Program-made: the position numbers and the translations under genes | NCBI GenBank assembly: GCA_038142325.1 | Contig: JAYQJW010000002.1 | Span: 747,328 to 811,327 of the forward strand | Length of the DNA stretch: 64,000 bases | Reading direction: 5' to 3' | Source of the DNA: Gammaproteobacteria bacterium | GTDB lineage: Bacteria > Pseudomonadota > Gammaproteobacteria > GCA-002705445 > GCA-002716945 | Shown here: positions 34,741 through 48,145 of the stretch, piece after piece | Layout: every line of letters begins with the position of its first letter | Position numbering within the stretch: the stretch's first letter is position 1 | Notes under the pieces: model-generated | What the model was told of the DNA's origin: nothing | The model's input: the letters and a program-made list of their open reading frames with translations, nothing else | Database searches by the model: none

Positions 34741-36244
34741 TTTCTTCCTTAAACCAACTTTCTCTCGCCTGCATAATTACTTTACCTGCAGTTTCATTAG
34801 ATATATCAATAAAGTCTAATAGTTCATCTACAGATAAATCAGCTACATCATTGATAGTAAATATATCATTATTTCTGAGTAAAGTTAGTTGATCATCAGT
34901 TAAATTATCTAAGTTTTCTAGAGAATTTTTATCATTGATTTCTTTTTGTTGTTGCTCATACGCTTCTGTTGCTCTTTTTCTAAGCTCCTGAACAAGCTCT
35001 TGATCAAAACCATCAATTTCTTCAAGTTCCTCTAGCTCACAGAGAGCAATTTCTTCTATGCTTGTAAAACCTTCCTCTGCGAGAATCTTCGCAACATCAT
35101 TGTCAACATTAAGGCTGTTCTGGAACTTAATTGCTGTTTCCTCTTCCTCTTTTGCATTCTTATCATCGGCTTCGCTCTTGCTCATCACATTCAAATTCCA
35201 GCCAGAAAGTTCACTTGCTAACCTAACATTCTGCCCGCCTCTTCCAATAGCTTGAGAAAGCTGTTCCTCTGATACAGCTATGTCCATAGATTTACTATTT
35301 TCATCGACAACAATAGACAAAACTTCAGCCGGAGACATTGCATTAATCACAAATTTTGCTGGATCTTCATCCCAAGGAATTATGTCAATCCTCTCTCCAG
35401 CTAGTTCATTAGATACAGACTGTACTCGAGAGCCTCTCATGCCAACACAAGCACCGATTGCGTCAAGTTTTGGGTCATTTGATTTCACAGCAATTTTAGC
35501 CCTCACTCCTGGATCTCTTGATGCGCCAAGGATTTCAATTATTCCTTGACCAACTTCAGGAACTTCTATGCTGAAAAGTTCTATCAAGAATTCTGGACAT
35601 TTTCTTGATATATAAAGCTGCGGACCTCTAGATTCTGATTGAACATCCATTAAATATCCTCGAATCCTATCACCTGGTTTAATAATTTCTCGTGGTATGA
35701 GATTATCTTTAAGTATCATAGCCTCATCAGAGACTCCGCCATTTTCTACAGAACTCAAATCAAGATAAACATTATTTTTATCTACTCTTTTAACAATACC
35801 AAACAAAAGCTCTCCTATACGAGGAGAATATAGATCAACAATTCTGTTTCTCTCTGCAGCCTTTAAACGAGATACAATATTTTGTTTTGCGGTTTGTGCC
35901 ACGATTCTTCCAAACTCAACAGATTCAATTTCTTCCGTTATAAAATCTCCAGACTGAATTTCAGATTTTTTTTCCTGAGCAATTTCAAGAAGCATTTTCA
36001 TTTGATATTCATCGTCAATTTCCATTTTATCGACAACTTCCCATCTTCTATATGTTTTATAAGTACCATCATCTTGATTTATAACTACCTGAACGTCTAT
36101 TTCATCTTGCGTCTTGTTATCAAGTTTATATTTTTTCTTTACAGCAGACGCTAGAGCATGCTCCATTGCGTCAATAATTATTTCTCTATCAACATTTTTT
36201 TCATTAGAAACACTGTCAATTATAAGAAGGATGTCTTTATTCAT
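34733..36244 (-). CDS. nusA: Transcription factor NusA
   Basis: [39 protein letters not shown]. Confidence 0.95.
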   Translation of the reverse strand: MNKDILLIIDSVSNEKNVDREIIIDAMEHALASAVKKKYKLDNKTQDEIDVQVVINQDDGTYKTYRRWEVVDKMEIDDEYQMKMLLEIAQEKKSEIQSGDFITEEIESVEFGRIVAQTAKQNIVSRLKAAERNRIVDLYSPRIGELLFGIVKRVDKNNVYLDLSSVENGGVSDEAMILKDNLIPREIIKPGDRIRGYLMDVQSESRGPQLYISRKCPEFLIELFSIEVPEVGQGIIEILGASRDPGVRAKIAVKSNDPKLDAIGACVGMRGSRVQSVSNELAGERIDIIPWDEDPAKFVINAMSPAEVLSIVVDENSKSMDIAVSEEQLSQAIGRGGQNVRLASELSGWNLNVMSKSEADDKNAKEEEETAIKFQNSLNVDNDVAKILAEEGFTSIEEIALCELEELEEIDGFDQELVQELRKRATEAYEQQQKEINDKNSLENLDNLTDDQLTLLRNNDIFTINDVADLSVDELLDFIDISNETAGKVIMQARESWFKEENE

Positions 36245-36696
36245 ATCTTGATCTCCTTTATCAGATTAGCTTTTTTTATATCGCTCATACTTATTTCTAT
36301 AGTCTGTTTCTTGTCAGAAAGTATTATTAATTCATTTTCAATATAATATTTGCCCGTGAATCGTTTTTGATTATTAAGGTTCCTTTTGAGTTCAACGAAC
36401 ACTTTTTCACCTTGATATTTGATAAAATCTTTTAAATTAAACAGCGGACGATTAATACCTGGAGATGATACTTGAATATTAAAATCGTCTTCGAGCATGT
36501 TTTCTAACTTGATAAAATTTTTCACTGTATTTGATGTCTCTGCACAATCATCTAATGAAATACCATTATCAGATTCAATAATAATCTCAATTGATTTTCC
36601 TGATTTTGTTCCAAAAATTTTAACATCAATTGCCTCAATACTTTGATTTAACAATTCGTTCAACCTTTCCATAATTCTTTCTTCAATCTGTCTCAT
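36241..36696 (-). CDS. rimP: Ribosome maturation factor RimP
   Basis: GISLDDC, VSSPGINRPL; first protein gene of the nusA operon. Confidence 0.9.
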   Translation of the reverse strand: MRQIEERIMERLNELLNQSIEAIDVKIFGTKSGKSIEIIIESDNGISLDDCAETSNTVKNFIKLENMLEDDFNIQVSSPGINRPLFNLKDFIKYQGEKVFVELKRNLNNQKRFTGKYYIENELIILSDKKQTIEISMSDIKKANLIKEIKI

Positions 36697-36729
36697 AAAA
36701 AATGCATTAAAATGGCCCCAAATGGAGCC
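36697..36729 (-). terminator. Hairpin between tRNA-fMet and rimP (rimP-leader/terminator-like)
   Basis: Minus strand GGCTCCA-TT-TGGGGCC followed by ATTTTAATGCATTTTTT. Confidence 0.5.
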
Positions 36730-36781
36730 TGTGGCTATTGTATCTCAAAAAACGATATATATGAAATTTATTAGAGGTTTT

Positions 36782-36858
<77 letters not shown>

Positions 36859-36897
36859 TTGAATCGAAGTCTATAATTTATAATGTATTTTTTCAAG

Positions 36898-38328
36898 TTA
36901 AATGCTTATCGGTGATAAGATACTCGTTAAATACTGAGATAAATCAAATATCAAATAAGGGAAAATTCCTAAGCCCAAAAGTAGAAGCACATTGATTGAT
37001 AGGATAATGTTATTTTTTGAATATGTTGCAATCATGTTAACTCGTTCTTCAAAATAAATACTTTTAATCACTTTCAAATAGTAATATGCGGATATAACAG
37101 TCATTAACACTACAATTACGGATAGGAAAACAAGAGATTGATTAACAAGTGTCTGTATTACTATTAGCTTAGCATGAAATCCAATAAATGGAGGTATTCC
37201 AGCAGAAGAGAGCATTGTAAATAAAATTAATATTGCATAGTAAGGATGATTTTTTGATAATCCTGCAATATCCGAGATATTTTCTACACCAGCACTATTT
37301 GATGTAATATGTGTAATCACTCCAAAAGAAGCAAGAGCTGTAAAAGAATACACAATTGTATAGTACAGAGATGCCTGAATTCCTCCATCAGAAACAAGGC
37401 CCAATGATAATAATATAAAACCAATATTCGATATCGCAGAATATGCGAGTAATCTTTTAATGTTTTCTTGCGTTAAAGCAAAAATGCTACCAATAATTAT
37501 TGACAGCACGCCAACAAAAATTAAAATATCAGACCAAATATATTCTAGCTCTAAAAATGGAATATAATAGAGCTTTAAAAATACTATGAAAACTGCAATT
37601 TTAGGTACTGTACTCAAGAGAACAGTTGTGCTGATTAGTGAGCCTTGATATATGTCTGGGACCCACATGTGAAATGGTGCTGCACCAAATTTAAAACATA
37701 GACTTGCAGTAATGAACATAATGCCAAATGTTACTCCAAGATACTCAATGCTAGTGTTGTTCATACTGTTCAATTGGTTTGCAATTTCAAAATAATTTAT
37801 TGAACCTGTGAAACCATAGATTAGAGATATTCCAAAAAGAAGTATCCCGGACGACATAGCGCCAAGTACATAGTATTTGATGGCAGCCTCAGAAGATAAA
37901 CCTGATTTTTTATTAAATCCGATTAAAGCATATAAAGCTAATGATAATAATTCAATTCCTAGATACAGCATTAATAAACTGTAAGCTGAAATCATGACCA
38001 TAGTACCTATTATTCCTAAAATAGATATCGTGAAGTATTCAATTTTAAGAGTCTTTATATAAGCGAGATGCTTATATGAGTAATGAAATACAATTATAGA
38101 GAATACTAAAAGAATAAATTTCAATAAATTAATAAACCTACTTGATTCATAGGCATCATAGTTTATGTATGTAGAGAAATTAATTGAGCAATATGCTGCA
38201 AGAATAAGTAACAGTTGTATTAGAAAGTATGAAAAAAATTTGTTCTTTTGAAGATACAAATCAATGATGATAACAAACATCAGTCCTATAGAAAGGATAA
38301 TTTCGGGCATAAGTAATAAACTCATCAT
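36898..38328 (-). CDS. nuoN: NADH-quinone oxidoreductase subunit N
   Basis: EAAIKYYVLG, FKFGAAPFHMWVPDIY, KRLLAYS. Confidence 0.93.
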   Translation of the reverse strand: MMSLLLMPEIILSIGLMFVIIIDLYLQKNKFFSYFLIQLLLILAAYCSINFSTYINYDAYESSRFINLLKFILLVFSIIVFHYSYKHLAYIKTLKIEYFTISILGIIGTMVMISAYSLLMLYLGIELLSLALYALIGFNKKSGLSSEAAIKYYVLGAMSSGILLFGISLIYGFTGSINYFEIANQLNSMNNTSIEYLGVTFGIMFITASLCFKFGAAPFHMWVPDIYQGSLISTTVLLSTVPKIAVFIVFLKLYYIPFLELEYIWSDILIFVGVLSIIIGSIFALTQENIKRLLAYSAISNIGFILLSLGLVSDGGIQASLYYTIVYSFTALASFGVITHITSNSAGVENISDIAGLSKNHPYYAILILFTMLSSAGIPPFIGFHAKLIVIQTLVNQSLVFLSVIVVLMTVISAYYYLKVIKSIYFEERVNMIATYSKNNIILSINVLLLLGLGIFPYLIFDLSQYLTSILSPISI

Positions 38329-39830
38329 GGCCTTATTCCCATCTGTATTGAATAAATAATGTTATTTGTTGACGAATCAATAAGTTTAAACAGAGGATCA
38401 GGCGAAACACCCAGATATATTACAAAAATAATTAGAATACTTAAGACTATCTTTTCATTAAATCTAAATTCAGAGTAGCCTTGAGTGTTCTTTGGGTTGT
38501 CACCAAACAAAACATTCTTACCTAATTTAAGCGAGTATGATGCAGATAATATTAAAGAAAGTGCTGCTAGTAAACCAAACATGAAGCTTGAGGCCAAAGA
38601 GGAGCTAATTACTAGAAACTCACCCACAAAACCAGATGTGCCTGGTAGCCCTGAGTTAGCCATGAGAAAAAAAATCATCATGAAAGAAAATATTGGCATG
38701 AATTGCGCTGCACCAAAATTATCTTTTATGAGACGAGAATGTGAATGCTTATATAAAATTCCGATACAGAAAAAAAGAGCAGCAGAAATCAAGCCATGGG
38801 AGATCATTTGAATCATAGCTCCTTCAAGACCGATTATTGCAGCAGCTGTATTTGTGCTAAGAAGGTTAAATACTAGAAATATACCCATAGTCACAAAGCC
38901 CATATGAGCAACCGATGAATATGCTATGAGTTTTTTCATATCTTCTTGCGCGTATGCCACAAAACTAATATAGATTATTGCAACTAATGATAGATAGATC
39001 ATATATTCACTATATAAAATACCAGCCTCAGTTACGGTAGGTAACATAAATCTTATCATTCCATAACCACCAACTTTAAGTAAAACAGCAGCCAGAATAA
39101 CTGATCCACTTGTTGGGGCTTCCACATGTGCATCAGGTAGCCATGTGTGAACAGGCCACATAGGAATTTTAATTCCAAAACCAATCAAAAATGCTAGAAG
39201 AATTAAGGTTTGTTCTTGGAGAGATAAATTTAGACTATAAAAATCTTGTATTGCAAATGATTGAGCTAAATTTCCAAGATAAATCAAGGATACGAGCATT
39301 AAAACTGAGCCAAATAAAGTGTATAGAAACAATTTTAAAGTTGCATATTTTCTATTAGGACCACCCCATATGCCGATGATTAAAAAAAGAGGTATCAGTA
39401 GACTTTCAAAAAATATATAAAATAAAATACTATCAAATGCAGAGAATGTGCCCATCAACAAACCTTCCAAAATTAGAAAGTAACCTAAATATGATGATTT
39501 GTTATCGTATTGCTCTGATTGCGTAAAAATCACAATTAAAAAAATTATAAAAGTGGTTAGTATAATTAAAGAAACGGAAATGCCATCAACAGCTAAATAA
39601 TAAAAAATATTGAAGCCAGATATCCACTGAACTTTTTCTACAAATTGTAAATTAATAGAGTCGCTATCATAATATTGAAGAAGTTGTATAGAAATAATTA
39701 AAACTAATATGGTTGTAACTAAAGCAATGGTTGAGGAAGTTGATTTACTTAAGTTATTAAAAGCTACCAGCGCAACCCCTACTATAATTGGGAACCAAAT
39801 TAAAATACTAAGAATAGGATAATCAATCAT
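38325..39830 (-). CDS. nuoM: NADH-quinone oxidoreductase subunit M
   Basis: HTWLPDAHVEAP, KKLIAYSSVAHMG, LPGTSGFVGE. Confidence 0.95.
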   Translation of the reverse strand: MIDYPILSILIWFPIIVGVALVAFNNLSKSTSSTIALVTTILVLIISIQLLQYYDSDSINLQFVEKVQWISGFNIFYYLAVDGISVSLIILTTFIIFLIVIFTQSEQYDNKSSYLGYFLILEGLLMGTFSAFDSILFYIFFESLLIPLFLIIGIWGGPNRKYATLKLFLYTLFGSVLMLVSLIYLGNLAQSFAIQDFYSLNLSLQEQTLILLAFLIGFGIKIPMWPVHTWLPDAHVEAPTSGSVILAAVLLKVGGYGMIRFMLPTVTEAGILYSEYMIYLSLVAIIYISFVAYAQEDMKKLIAYSSVAHMGFVTMGIFLVFNLLSTNTAAAIIGLEGAMIQMISHGLISAALFFCIGILYKHSHSRLIKDNFGAAQFMPIFSFMMIFFLMANSGLPGTSGFVGEFLVISSSLASSFMFGLLAALSLILSASYSLKLGKNVLFGDNPKNTQGYSEFRFNEKIVLSILIIFVIYLGVSPDPLFKLIDSSTNNIIYSIQMGIRP

Positions 39831-39833
39831 TTA

Positions 39834-41752
39834 TTAACTAGCTCGAGAAAGTATTAGTAATAAAATCAAAGCTGAAATGATTACCAATGAATAATGATAT
39901 ATATACCCTGTTTGAATTTTTTTATTTTATTTGAAATCAAACTAAGTAGATTGGAAGTATTATTTACAAGGCCGTTATCAATTGTAGAGTTATCAATATT
40001 CTTCCATAAATATTCTGTAATTTTCTTTTGGTAGTTAGGTACAAGAACTGAAGAGAAATAATTGAAACCATATTCTTGGGTGAGAATTTTTTTTATAGTA
40101 TCAGGTACTCTAAATTCAAATGATTTTTTATAGAAAAAGAAATAACTGAATAGAATAGCAACAAATAATATTAAGAAATTAATTGTCAAAAATGAATGCA
40201 GAAAAAATTCCAATGAATTAATTACATAATCATTATAAAAAGACGACACAAGAGAACTTGAGGCTAATGACGATTGAAAAAGTGAACCATTCATTAGTGG
40301 GTCATAAATGAATAGACCAATAAATACTGAAGGAGCAGTAAGTATGAATAAGGGGTAAATGATTTCTTTATCATTTTCCTCATCACTTGATTTAAACTTA
40401 TCGCTAATTGTACTGTCGCCGAAGAATACTTTAAAAAATATTTTTGATGTATAAAGGGTAGTTGTGAAAATAGACAGTAAAAGTAAAACATATGGTACTG
40501 TATGACCATAATAACCAATAGCATCAATAATAGTCTCTTTTGAATAAAATCCAGAGGTCAGTGGAAAACCAATCAGCGATAAAGAGGCATATAGAAAAGC
40601 TAGATATGTAATGGGCATATATTTTCTCAAACCACCAATCTTTCTTATATCTTGCTCATGATGACATTTAATTATTATAGAACCTGCACATAGAAAGAGC
40701 AGAGCTTTAAAAAAGGCATGTGTTATCAAATGAAACATTGCAAGAGAATACAAAGATGCGCCAAGAGCTGCGGTCATATATCCTAATTGAGATATTGTCG
40801 AGTATGCAATGATTCTTTTTATATCATTTTGCACAAGTGCTACCAGTCCAAGTAAAAATGCAGTTAATGAACCAACGTATAATATAAATAATAAAACGTC
40901 ATCAGTTAATTCGTAGAGTGGAGATAGACGTGCAACCATATATATTCCAGCTGTTACCATAGTAGCAGCATGAATTAATGCGGAAATAGGCGTTGGACCT
41001 TCCATAGAATCTGGTAACCAAAAGTGTAGCGGTATTTGAGCAGATTTTGCCATTGCTCCGATAAACAAAAGAAAACAAACAGCGCTAAGAGTATTAAATG
41101 AATAGCCGAATATATTTAATTGATCAGAAAATATAGAATATTTTAAATTAAATATCTCATTATAATCTGTACTGCCATAAATTAGAAAAATTAAACATAA
41201 ACCTAACAATAGACCAACGTCACCGACTCTATTTACAATGAATGCTTTGTAGTTTGCATTGATAGCTGTATCTTTTTTTAGCCAGAAACCGATCAAAAGA
41301 TAAGACGAGAGCCCTACAAGCTCCCAACCAATAAATAGTTGAAAAAAATTATTTGATAGAACAATTAAAAGCATTGAAAAGGTAAAAAAGTTTGTGTAGA
41401 TGAAGAATCAGTTATAAGAAGAGTCATTTTTCATATAGGCAATAGAGTAAAAGTGAACCAGCAGTGACACTGATGTTACAACAGAACACATGATTATAGA
41501 CAAAGAGTCAATATATAATCCAAAGTGTAATGAGAATTGCTCAACGTCAGCAAAAGTGAATATATTATGTGATATTGCTCCAGAATTAGACGAATAAAAT
41601 GAATATAGAATGTAGATAGATAATAAGAATGCTGCCAATATTGAAGTGTTAGAAATTATTGAGGTCAATTTCTTAGATGAATTCTGAAAGAATAGCAATA
41701 ACAAGGTTCCAAATAATGGAAATAGCAGTAGTAAGCTAGTTAATGTGATCAA
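39834..41752 (-). CDS. nuoL: NADH-quinone oxidoreductase subunit L; in-frame TGA at 41408-41410 and apparent frameshift near 39920
   Basis: [39 protein letters not shown]; the two track ORFs share a frame; true end [11 protein letters not shown] at 39834. Confidence 0.92.
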
Positions 41753-42054
41753 CCTTTAAGCTCCGATAAATCGTCTACATCTATAGATTTCTTACTTCTG
41801 AACAATACTATTAAAAGCGCAAGGCCAATTGCTGACTCAGCTGCAACAACTGTCAAGACAAAAAAAACAAACACTTGTCCAGTTAAATCGCCAAGATAAT
41901 TGCCAAGAGTAATTAAATTAAAATTTACAGATAAAAACATAAGCTCCAAAGACATAAGTAAAACAAGGATATTTTTTCTATTCAGGAATATTCCTGCTAT
42001 AGATAGCGTAAATATTATCGTACTTAGAATTAAATAATAGCTGATGGGGATCAT
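41749..42054 (-). CDS. nuoK: NADH-quinone oxidoreductase subunit K
   Basis: [15 protein letters not shown]. Confidence 0.95.
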   Translation of the reverse strand: MIPISYYLILSTIIFTLSIAGIFLNRKNILVLLMSLELMFLSVNFNLITLGNYLGDLTGQVFVFFVLTVVAAESAIGLALLIVLFRSKKSIDVDDLSELKG

Positions 42055-42055
42055 A

Positions 42056-42651
42056 TTACTCTTTTAATCCTGTAATAACTTTTAATCTATCTTTTTTGAA
42101 ACCTCTATTTGTTTCGATGGATTTTGAAATTTATTATCTGGATTCTTCCGATATGTCAAAACAATAGCAGCAATGATGCCAAGTAAAAGAATCAGTCCCG
42201 CAATTTCGAATTCAAGTATGTACTCTGTAAAGAGTAAATAACCTAAGTTTTCAGTATTGCTCTCACTAATAATGTTTATATTGTTAACAGCATTGTAATT
42301 AATATTTTCGAAGGTATTTACAAAGAAATATATTATTAATAGATTAAAAATTATAAAAACGCCCAATCCTAATGGAAGGTATTTTATATATGCTGCTTTT
42401 TTTCTAGCTATATTTATATCTAACATCATCACAACAAATAAAAACAAGACCATAACTGCTCCAACATAAACTAATATTAATATTATGGATAGGAATTCAG
42501 CTCCTAGAAGTAACCAAAGGACGGCGGATAAAAAAAATGAAAAGACTAAATTAATAGCTGACAAGACTGGATTTGATGATGAAATAACCTTAATTGATGT
42601 GAATATAAGTAAGGCACTGAAAATAAAAAAAGTAATTAACTCTATGTTCAT
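42056..42651 (-). CDS. nuoJ: NADH-quinone oxidoreductase subunit J (C-terminal slip near 42092)
   Basis: [17 protein letters not shown]; adding one A extends the C-terminus to TAA at 42056. Confidence 0.92.
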
Positions 42652-43130
42652 TTGGAATTTATATCTCTATCTATAAGTTCTTGTTTTTCATACATATCAC
42701 CAATTTTTAAAAGGTCGATTTTATTCATTACACCATCTTTCCTTCGTTCAAAATGATATTCAAAAATTCCTGTCTCTACTATGGCATCTACAGGACACGC
42801 CTCCTCACAAAATCCACAATAAATACACTTAAATAAATCAATCTCATATTTAGTGGTCCTTCGTGTTTTATCACTTCTTTCTTCCGTGTCTATAGAGATT
42901 GCTAATGCAGGACAAACTGCTTCACAAAGTTTACAGCCTATACATCTTTCCTCGCCATTAGGATATTTTCTCAGCGCATGCAGTCCCCTAAACCTGGTTG
43001 ATAATGGAGTTTTTTCTTCTGGATATTGCACGGTGATAGGTTTTTTTGAAAGCTTCTTACCGGTAATTGTAAGACCCTTGAGAATCTCAAGGAAAAATAA
43101 ACTTTTGATAAATTTAATTAAATTATTCAT
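42648..43130 (-). CDS. nuoI: NADH-quinone oxidoreductase subunit I
   Basis: Two CxxCxxCxxxCP ferredoxin motifs. Confidence 0.96.
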   Translation of the reverse strand: MNNLIKFIKSLFFLEILKGLTITGKKLSKKPITVQYPEEKTPLSTRFRGLHALRKYPNGEERCIGCKLCEAVCPALAISIDTEERSDKTRRTTKYEIDLFKCIYCGFCEEACPVDAIVETGIFEYHFERRKDGVMNKIDLLKIGDMYEKQELIDRDINSK

Positions 43131-43132
43131 AT

Positions 43133-44146
43133 TTATAACGGCAAATATTTAAAGTATATTAGTATACCTACAACAGTTAGCCAAAAGAATGTTATTGGTA
43201 AAAAAACTTTCCAGCCTAATCTCATAATTTGATCATATCTATATCTTGGAAGGGTAGCTCTCAACCAGAGGAATATAAAAATAAAAATAATTGTCTTTAT
43301 AGATAGCCAAACAAAACCAGGTATGAATGAGAAATATGAATCTAAAAATGTACCTTGAAAAGGAGATAACCAGCCGCCAAAAAACATAATACTTGCTAAA
43401 ATACTAATTAAAATTAAATTCATATATTCAGCAAGAAAGAACATAGCAAATGCCATTCCAGAATATTCAACATGAAAACCAGCAACTATCTCTGATTCAC
43501 CTTCAGAAACATCAAATGGCGCTCGGTTTGTTTCAGCAACACCGGAAATAAAATAAATTAAAAATAATGGAAATAAAGGTAACCAAAACCAATTTAAAAA
43601 TGAACCAGATTGTTCTTGAATTATTATTTGCAAGTTTAGACTACCAGATAACATTAAAACACCAACAAGAGCAAAGCCCATTGCAATTTCATATGCAATA
43701 ATTTGAGCAGCTGATCTCATTGAACCAAGAAAAGCATATTTAGAATTGGAGGCCCAGCCTGCGAGAATAACGCCGTAAACGCTAAGTGATGTAAGAGCTA
43801 AGATAAATAATAAACCAGCATTAATATCTGAAATAATAAAAAATTCAGATAAAGGAATTACAGACCAAACTAATAATGAGGGTACAAGCATAAGCATTGG
43901 AGCAGTGAGAAATATTCCCTTATTAGCCTGTGAGGGAATAATTATTTCTTTAGAAACTAATTTTAAAACATCAGCTATTGGTTGTAAGAGACCTGAAGGG
44001 CCAACTCTGGTAGGACCCATTCTTGATTGCATAAAACCAATTATTTTTCGTTCAGAATATGTAACATATGCCACTATTAAAAAAAGAGGTATTACAACAG
44101 ACAATATTGAAACCAAAGTATTAATAATGTAGAAAACTATATCCAT
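43133..44146 (-). CDS. nuoH: NADH-quinone oxidoreductase subunit H
   Basis: [28 protein letters not shown]. Confidence 0.96.
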   Translation of the reverse strand: MDIVFYIINTLVSILSVVIPLFLIVAYVTYSERKIIGFMQSRMGPTRVGPSGLLQPIADVLKLVSKEIIIPSQANKGIFLTAPMLMLVPSLLVWSVIPLSEFFIISDINAGLLFILALTSLSVYGVILAGWASNSKYAFLGSMRSAAQIIAYEIAMGFALVGVLMLSGSLNLQIIIQEQSGSFLNWFWLPLFPLFLIYFISGVAETNRAPFDVSEGESEIVAGFHVEYSGMAFAMFFLAEYMNLILISILASIMFFGGWLSPFQGTFLDSYFSFIPGFVWLSIKTIIFIFIFLWLRATLPRYRYDQIMRLGWKVFLPITFFWLTVVGILIYFKYLPL

Positions 44147-44147
44147 A

Positions 44148-46388
44148 TTATAGGTCGACTAATGAATTATAAGCTCCAACCTTGTGTGCATGGGTTCCCC
44201 CAATATCTATGAGTAGAGCATTATTTGGTTTATCATGAGTTTTTTGTTTAATTTTGATTTTTAATTTTTTGTCATTTTCCATCATGATAAATTCTTCAGA
44301 TTCATTTGAGATTTTGTTTGATGGTAAACTCATATAATTATCTTTGTCATGGGTTTTAAGGATAGATTCACATCTTCTTAGAGTTGGATTACTAGAATTA
44401 GGGTTTCTTATTATTATTTTCTCTAACATTTCGCTAACATTTGTTTTCTTTAAGTTTTTAGTAAAAACATAATTATTATCGATATTTATAGCTGACAGTA
44501 TTTCTTTTAATTCATTATTGATTAATTCTAGATTAGAACGAATATCAAATTTATTGGCTAATGTGAGCAGAATGCTTGTCCCATCTTTACTATCTCCCAG
44601 AGGTTCTAGTACTTTATTAAAACGTTGATGTGTTTTATTAATGTTTATGTAACTACCAGTAGACTCAATTTGAGTTGCTAATGGAAAAACAACATTAGCA
44701 TACTTTTCTATTGCAGGGGTCATATATGACGAGAAAAATATGTTAACTTTTGATTTTTTGAGTTGTTCAATAATCATGTTATCACTAGAAAAATCATACT
44801 CTGGCTCAAGGTTATAAAATATAAGCAATTCATTGTTATTAGTATAGCTATCACGGTCAATACCAGCAGGATTTGAAACTGGGTTACCTCCTGGTAAACG
44901 ATGTGGTACTACACCCATTGCCCAAGCTCCAGCTGTATTAGCTTGATCGCCTAGTAAAGCAATATTCGCATTAGTAGATTTTGCATAATGACTGATGTTA
45001 TTTAATATAATCGAATAATTTGAAAGATAAGATAATGACGGACCAACAATAATAAGATTATTTTGATTTTTATTAATATCAATAGAGGATAATTCTTCAT
45101 TTTCATCATTAAACAGTTGCTCCAGTTCAGCGCTATTAAGTATGTCAGATTTAACTATTGGAAAATTTTCCTTGAATTCATATGTCGCAAACGAATGTAT
45201 TCTTGTGCCTTTGTTATCAAATGCTTCTTTCAAGAAAACGGAAAGTATAGGAAATTCTCTAGTAATATTTGCTCCAAGAATAATGATATTATCCATATCT
45301 TTAATTTGAGAAAGCTTAATATCGAAAGAGGGAATAATGGGATAGTTATCTTGATATCTAAAATCACATTCTTTTGATCTATGGTCAATATTAAATATGT
45401 TGTTTTCTCTTAATATTTTCTGAAAGAGTAACATCTCTTCACAAGTTGACTGGGCAGAAATAAATCCACTAGATTTTATAGAATGTTTTTTAATACTATC
45501 TACAAAAAAATCACAAGCTGATTCAAATTTAGTTGGAACCAATTTGTCATCTTGCCTAAGAAGTGAACCAAGAACTCTATCTTCAGAAATAATACCTTCG
45601 TAACCATAGCGATCATTATCTGACAGCCAAGAAAGATTAACATCATTGTTTTCTTTAGGAATACATCGTTTAATTTTATTTTCATAGGTATGATAGTAAA
45701 TACTAGATCCTAGGCAATCATTAGATGAGACTGAATATGTTTGCTTAAGATCCCATGTACGAGCACTATACTTATATAAGCTATTATTCAATGCTCCAAC
45801 TGGACACAAATCAATTACGTTTCCAGATAACTGTGATGTCATACTTTTATTGATGAAAGTCTCAATTTTAGTATTTTCTCCTCTTCCAGTCATACCAAGT
45901 TCTTTTATACCGGCTACCTCCTCACCAAAACGAACACATCTACTACAATGAATGCATCTTGTCATCTCAGTGGAAATTAAAGCTCCCATATCTTTGTCTA
46001 TAACGGTTCTTTTTAATTCCTTATATGATGATTTATAATCACCATGCTCTAGTGATACATCTTGAAGCTCACATTCACCTGCCTGATCACATATAGGACA
46101 GTCAAGTGGGTGGTTGATGAGTAAGAATTCCATAGTATTTTTTTGTGCATTTATCGTTTCTGAACTTTTGGTGTTGATCTTCATGTCTTGTGCAACTAAA
46201 GTAGAGCATGCAGGCTGAGGATATTTTGCTCCTTCGACTTCAACCAAGCACATTCTGCAGCTTGCTACAACACTCAATCTTTTGTGATAGCAAAATCTAG
46301 GTATATGAATATTATTTCTATCAGCTACCTGAATAATAGTCTCTTTATCATTGGCATCATATTTTTTATTGTTAATGTATATATCCAC
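44148..46388 (-). CDS. nuoG: NADH-quinone oxidoreductase subunit G
   Basis: [36 protein letters not shown]. Confidence 0.95.
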   Translation of the reverse strand: MDIYINNKKYDANDKETIIQVADRNNIHIPRFCYHKRLSVVASCRMCLVEVEGAKYPQPACSTLVAQDMKINTKSSETINAQKNTMEFLLINHPLDCPICDQAGECELQDVSLEHGDYKSSYKELKRTVIDKDMGALISTEMTRCIHCSRCVRFGEEVAGIKELGMTGRGENTKIETFINKSMTSQLSGNVIDLCPVGALNNSLYKYSARTWDLKQTYSVSSNDCLGSSIYYHTYENKIKRCIPKENNDVNLSWLSDNDRYGYEGIISEDRVLGSLLRQDDKLVPTKFESACDFFVDSIKKHSIKSSGFISAQSTCEEMLLFQKILRENNIFNIDHRSKECDFRYQDNYPIIPSFDIKLSQIKDMDNIIILGANITREFPILSVFLKEAFDNKGTRIHSFATYEFKENFPIVKSDILNSAELEQLFNDENEELSSIDINKNQNNLIIVGPSLSYLSNYSIILNNISHYAKSTNANIALLGDQANTAGAWAMGVVPHRLPGGNPVSNPAGIDRDSYTNNNELLIFYNLEPEYDFSSDNMIIEQLKKSKVNIFFSSYMTPAIEKYANVVFPLATQIESTGSYININKTHQRFNKVLEPLGDSKDGTSILLTLANKFDIRSNLELINNELKEILSAINIDNNYVFTKNLKKTNVSEMLEKIIIRNPNSSNPTLRRCESILKTHDKDNYMSLPSNKISNESEEFIMMENDKKLKIKIKQKTHDKPNNALLIDIGGTHAHKVGAYNSLVDL

Positions 46389-46389
46389 T

Positions 46390-47655
46390 TTACATCACCA
46401 TAGATTGTTTCTTATCAACATAATATTCAAACTCAACCCAAAAATTTTTCAAAAAGCTTATTACAGGCATAGCAGCAGCATCACCTAGTGCACATATGCA
46501 GTGTCCTTCAATTTGACTAGCTATTCGATTTAGTAAATCTAAATCAGATTGTGTACCCTCTCCAGCTCTTATTCTCACTAGAGTTTTATACAACCATCCT
46601 GTTCCTTCCCTACAAGGAGTGCATTGTCCGCATGATTCGGCATAATAAAATCTTGATATCCTCTCGAGGACGGACACCATACAAGTAGTCTCATCCATAA
46701 CAATTATACCGCCGGAACCCAGCATGGTTCCTATTTTCTGTAATGGCTCATAATCCATGGGTGTATCAAGAATATCTTCCCCTTTTACAACGGGTACAGA
46801 TGACCCTCCAGGAATTACAGCTTTTAGCTTATGATCATTTAATACGCCATCACATTCATGAAGTAATTTAGAAAATGGTGTTCCTAAGGGTGCTTCTATG
46901 ACTTTAGGTTTATTTAAATGACCGCTCATACAGAACATTTTCACACCAGAGGAACCGCCAGCTCCTAAATTTTTATACCATTCTGCACCATTTTTTATAA
47001 TGTAAGGAACTGTGGCCAGCGTTTCAGTATTATTTATAATTGTAGGTTTTCCATACAAGCCCTCTACGGCAGGAAATGGAGGTTTGATTCTAGGCATACC
47101 TCTTTTACCTTCTATTGATTCGAGCATAGCGGTTTCCTCACCTACAATATAGGCGCCTGCTCCAATAAGCGGGATTAAATCAATAGATACACCTGAGCTA
47201 AGAATATTTTTACCTACCAAACCAGCATTGTATGCATCTTTAATTGCCAAATTAATAACTTTCCACTGATCACCAATGAATTCACCACGCAAATAGTTAT
47301 ATCCAATAGAAGCTCCTATTGCATAACATGTAATTAGCATTCCTTCGATAATTGAGTGAGGATTGTACCTAAGAAGATCTCTATCTTTACATGTTCCTGG
47401 TTCGCTCTCATCTGAATTACAAACAAGATATTTTTGTGTGTTAGCTGGAACAATAAAAGACCATTTTAATCCAGTTAAAAATCCAGCGCCTCCTTTACCT
47501 TTTAATTCAGCATCTTTAATAGTTTTTATGATTTCAGATTTTGAAATCTTGTCATTAATTATTTTCTTCCATGCTGAATAGCCTCCAAGCTTTAGATAGG
47601 TATCTATGCTGGATGGTTGTGATTGATCAAATGTTTCGGTACAAACCTTAATCAT
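46390..47655 (-). CDS. nuoF: NADH-quinone oxidoreductase subunit F
   Basis: GKGGAGF, DESEPGT, GEETA, ESCGQCTPCREG; likely start ATG 47655 overlapping the nuoE stop. Confidence 0.95.
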   Translation of the reverse strand: MIKVCTETFDQSQPSSIDTYLKLGGYSAWKKIINDKISKSEIIKTIKDAELKGKGGAGFLTGLKWSFIVPANTQKYLVCNSDESEPGTCKDRDLLRYNPHSIIEGMLITCYAIGASIGYNYLRGEFIGDQWKVINLAIKDAYNAGLVGKNILSSGVSIDLIPLIGAGAYIVGEETAMLESIEGKRGMPRIKPPFPAVEGLYGKPTIINNTETLATVPYIIKNGAEWYKNLGAGGSSGVKMFCMSGHLNKPKVIEAPLGTPFSKLLHECDGVLNDHKLKAVIPGGSSVPVVKGEDILDTPMDYEPLQKIGTMLGSGGIIVMDETTCMVSVLERISRFYYAESCGQCTPCREGTGWLYKTLVRIRAGEGTQSDLDLLNRIASQIEGHCICALGDAAAMPVISFLKNFWVEFEYYVDKKQSMVM

Positions 47656-48145
47656 CTTTAATGCCATCTATAATTTTATCAATTTTTTCATAAGTAAGAT
47701 TCTCATAATTAATATGATTTACTTGCATCATCGGAGCTCCATTACATGCCGCAAGACACTCCATCTCATTTTTTAAATAAAATTTATTATCTTTAGTTGA
47801 TTCACCTAATTTAATTTTTAATTTTTTTTCTAAATAATCAACTATATCATCTGATTTTCTTAACATGCATGAAACATTGGTACATACAGAAATAACATTC
47901 TTTCCAACAGGTTTAAGGTTGAACATAGAATAGAAAGTTGCGACTTCATAAACATCAATTTTCTGAACATCTAAATACTTTGCTAACTCTTCAATCAATT
48001 CATCAGTTAGATATCCATTATTATGATGCTGAATAATTAATAAAGATTCTATAATTGGTGACTTTTTTTGAGTTACAGGAAATTTTGATATTACCTGGTT
48101 GATCTCTTCTTGAACCTGATTATCTAAAATATTTTTATTAATCAT
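47648..48145 (-). CDS. nuoE: NADH-quinone oxidoreductase subunit E
   Basis: [22 protein letters not shown]. Confidence 0.95.
   Translation of the reverse strand: MINKNILDNQVQEEINQVISKFPVTQKKSPIIESLLIIQHHNNGYLTDELIEELAKYLDVQKIDVYEVATFYSMFNLKPVGKNVISVCTNVSCMLRKSDDIVDYLEKKLKIKLGESTKDNKFYLKNEMECLAACNGAPMMQVNHINYENLTYEKIDKIIDGIKDD

Noticed and set aside
41408-41410. Alternative genetic code or selenocysteine at the nuoL TGA
   Set aside because: The position aligns to Arg, TGA is a normal stop in many genes here, and it is a single case.
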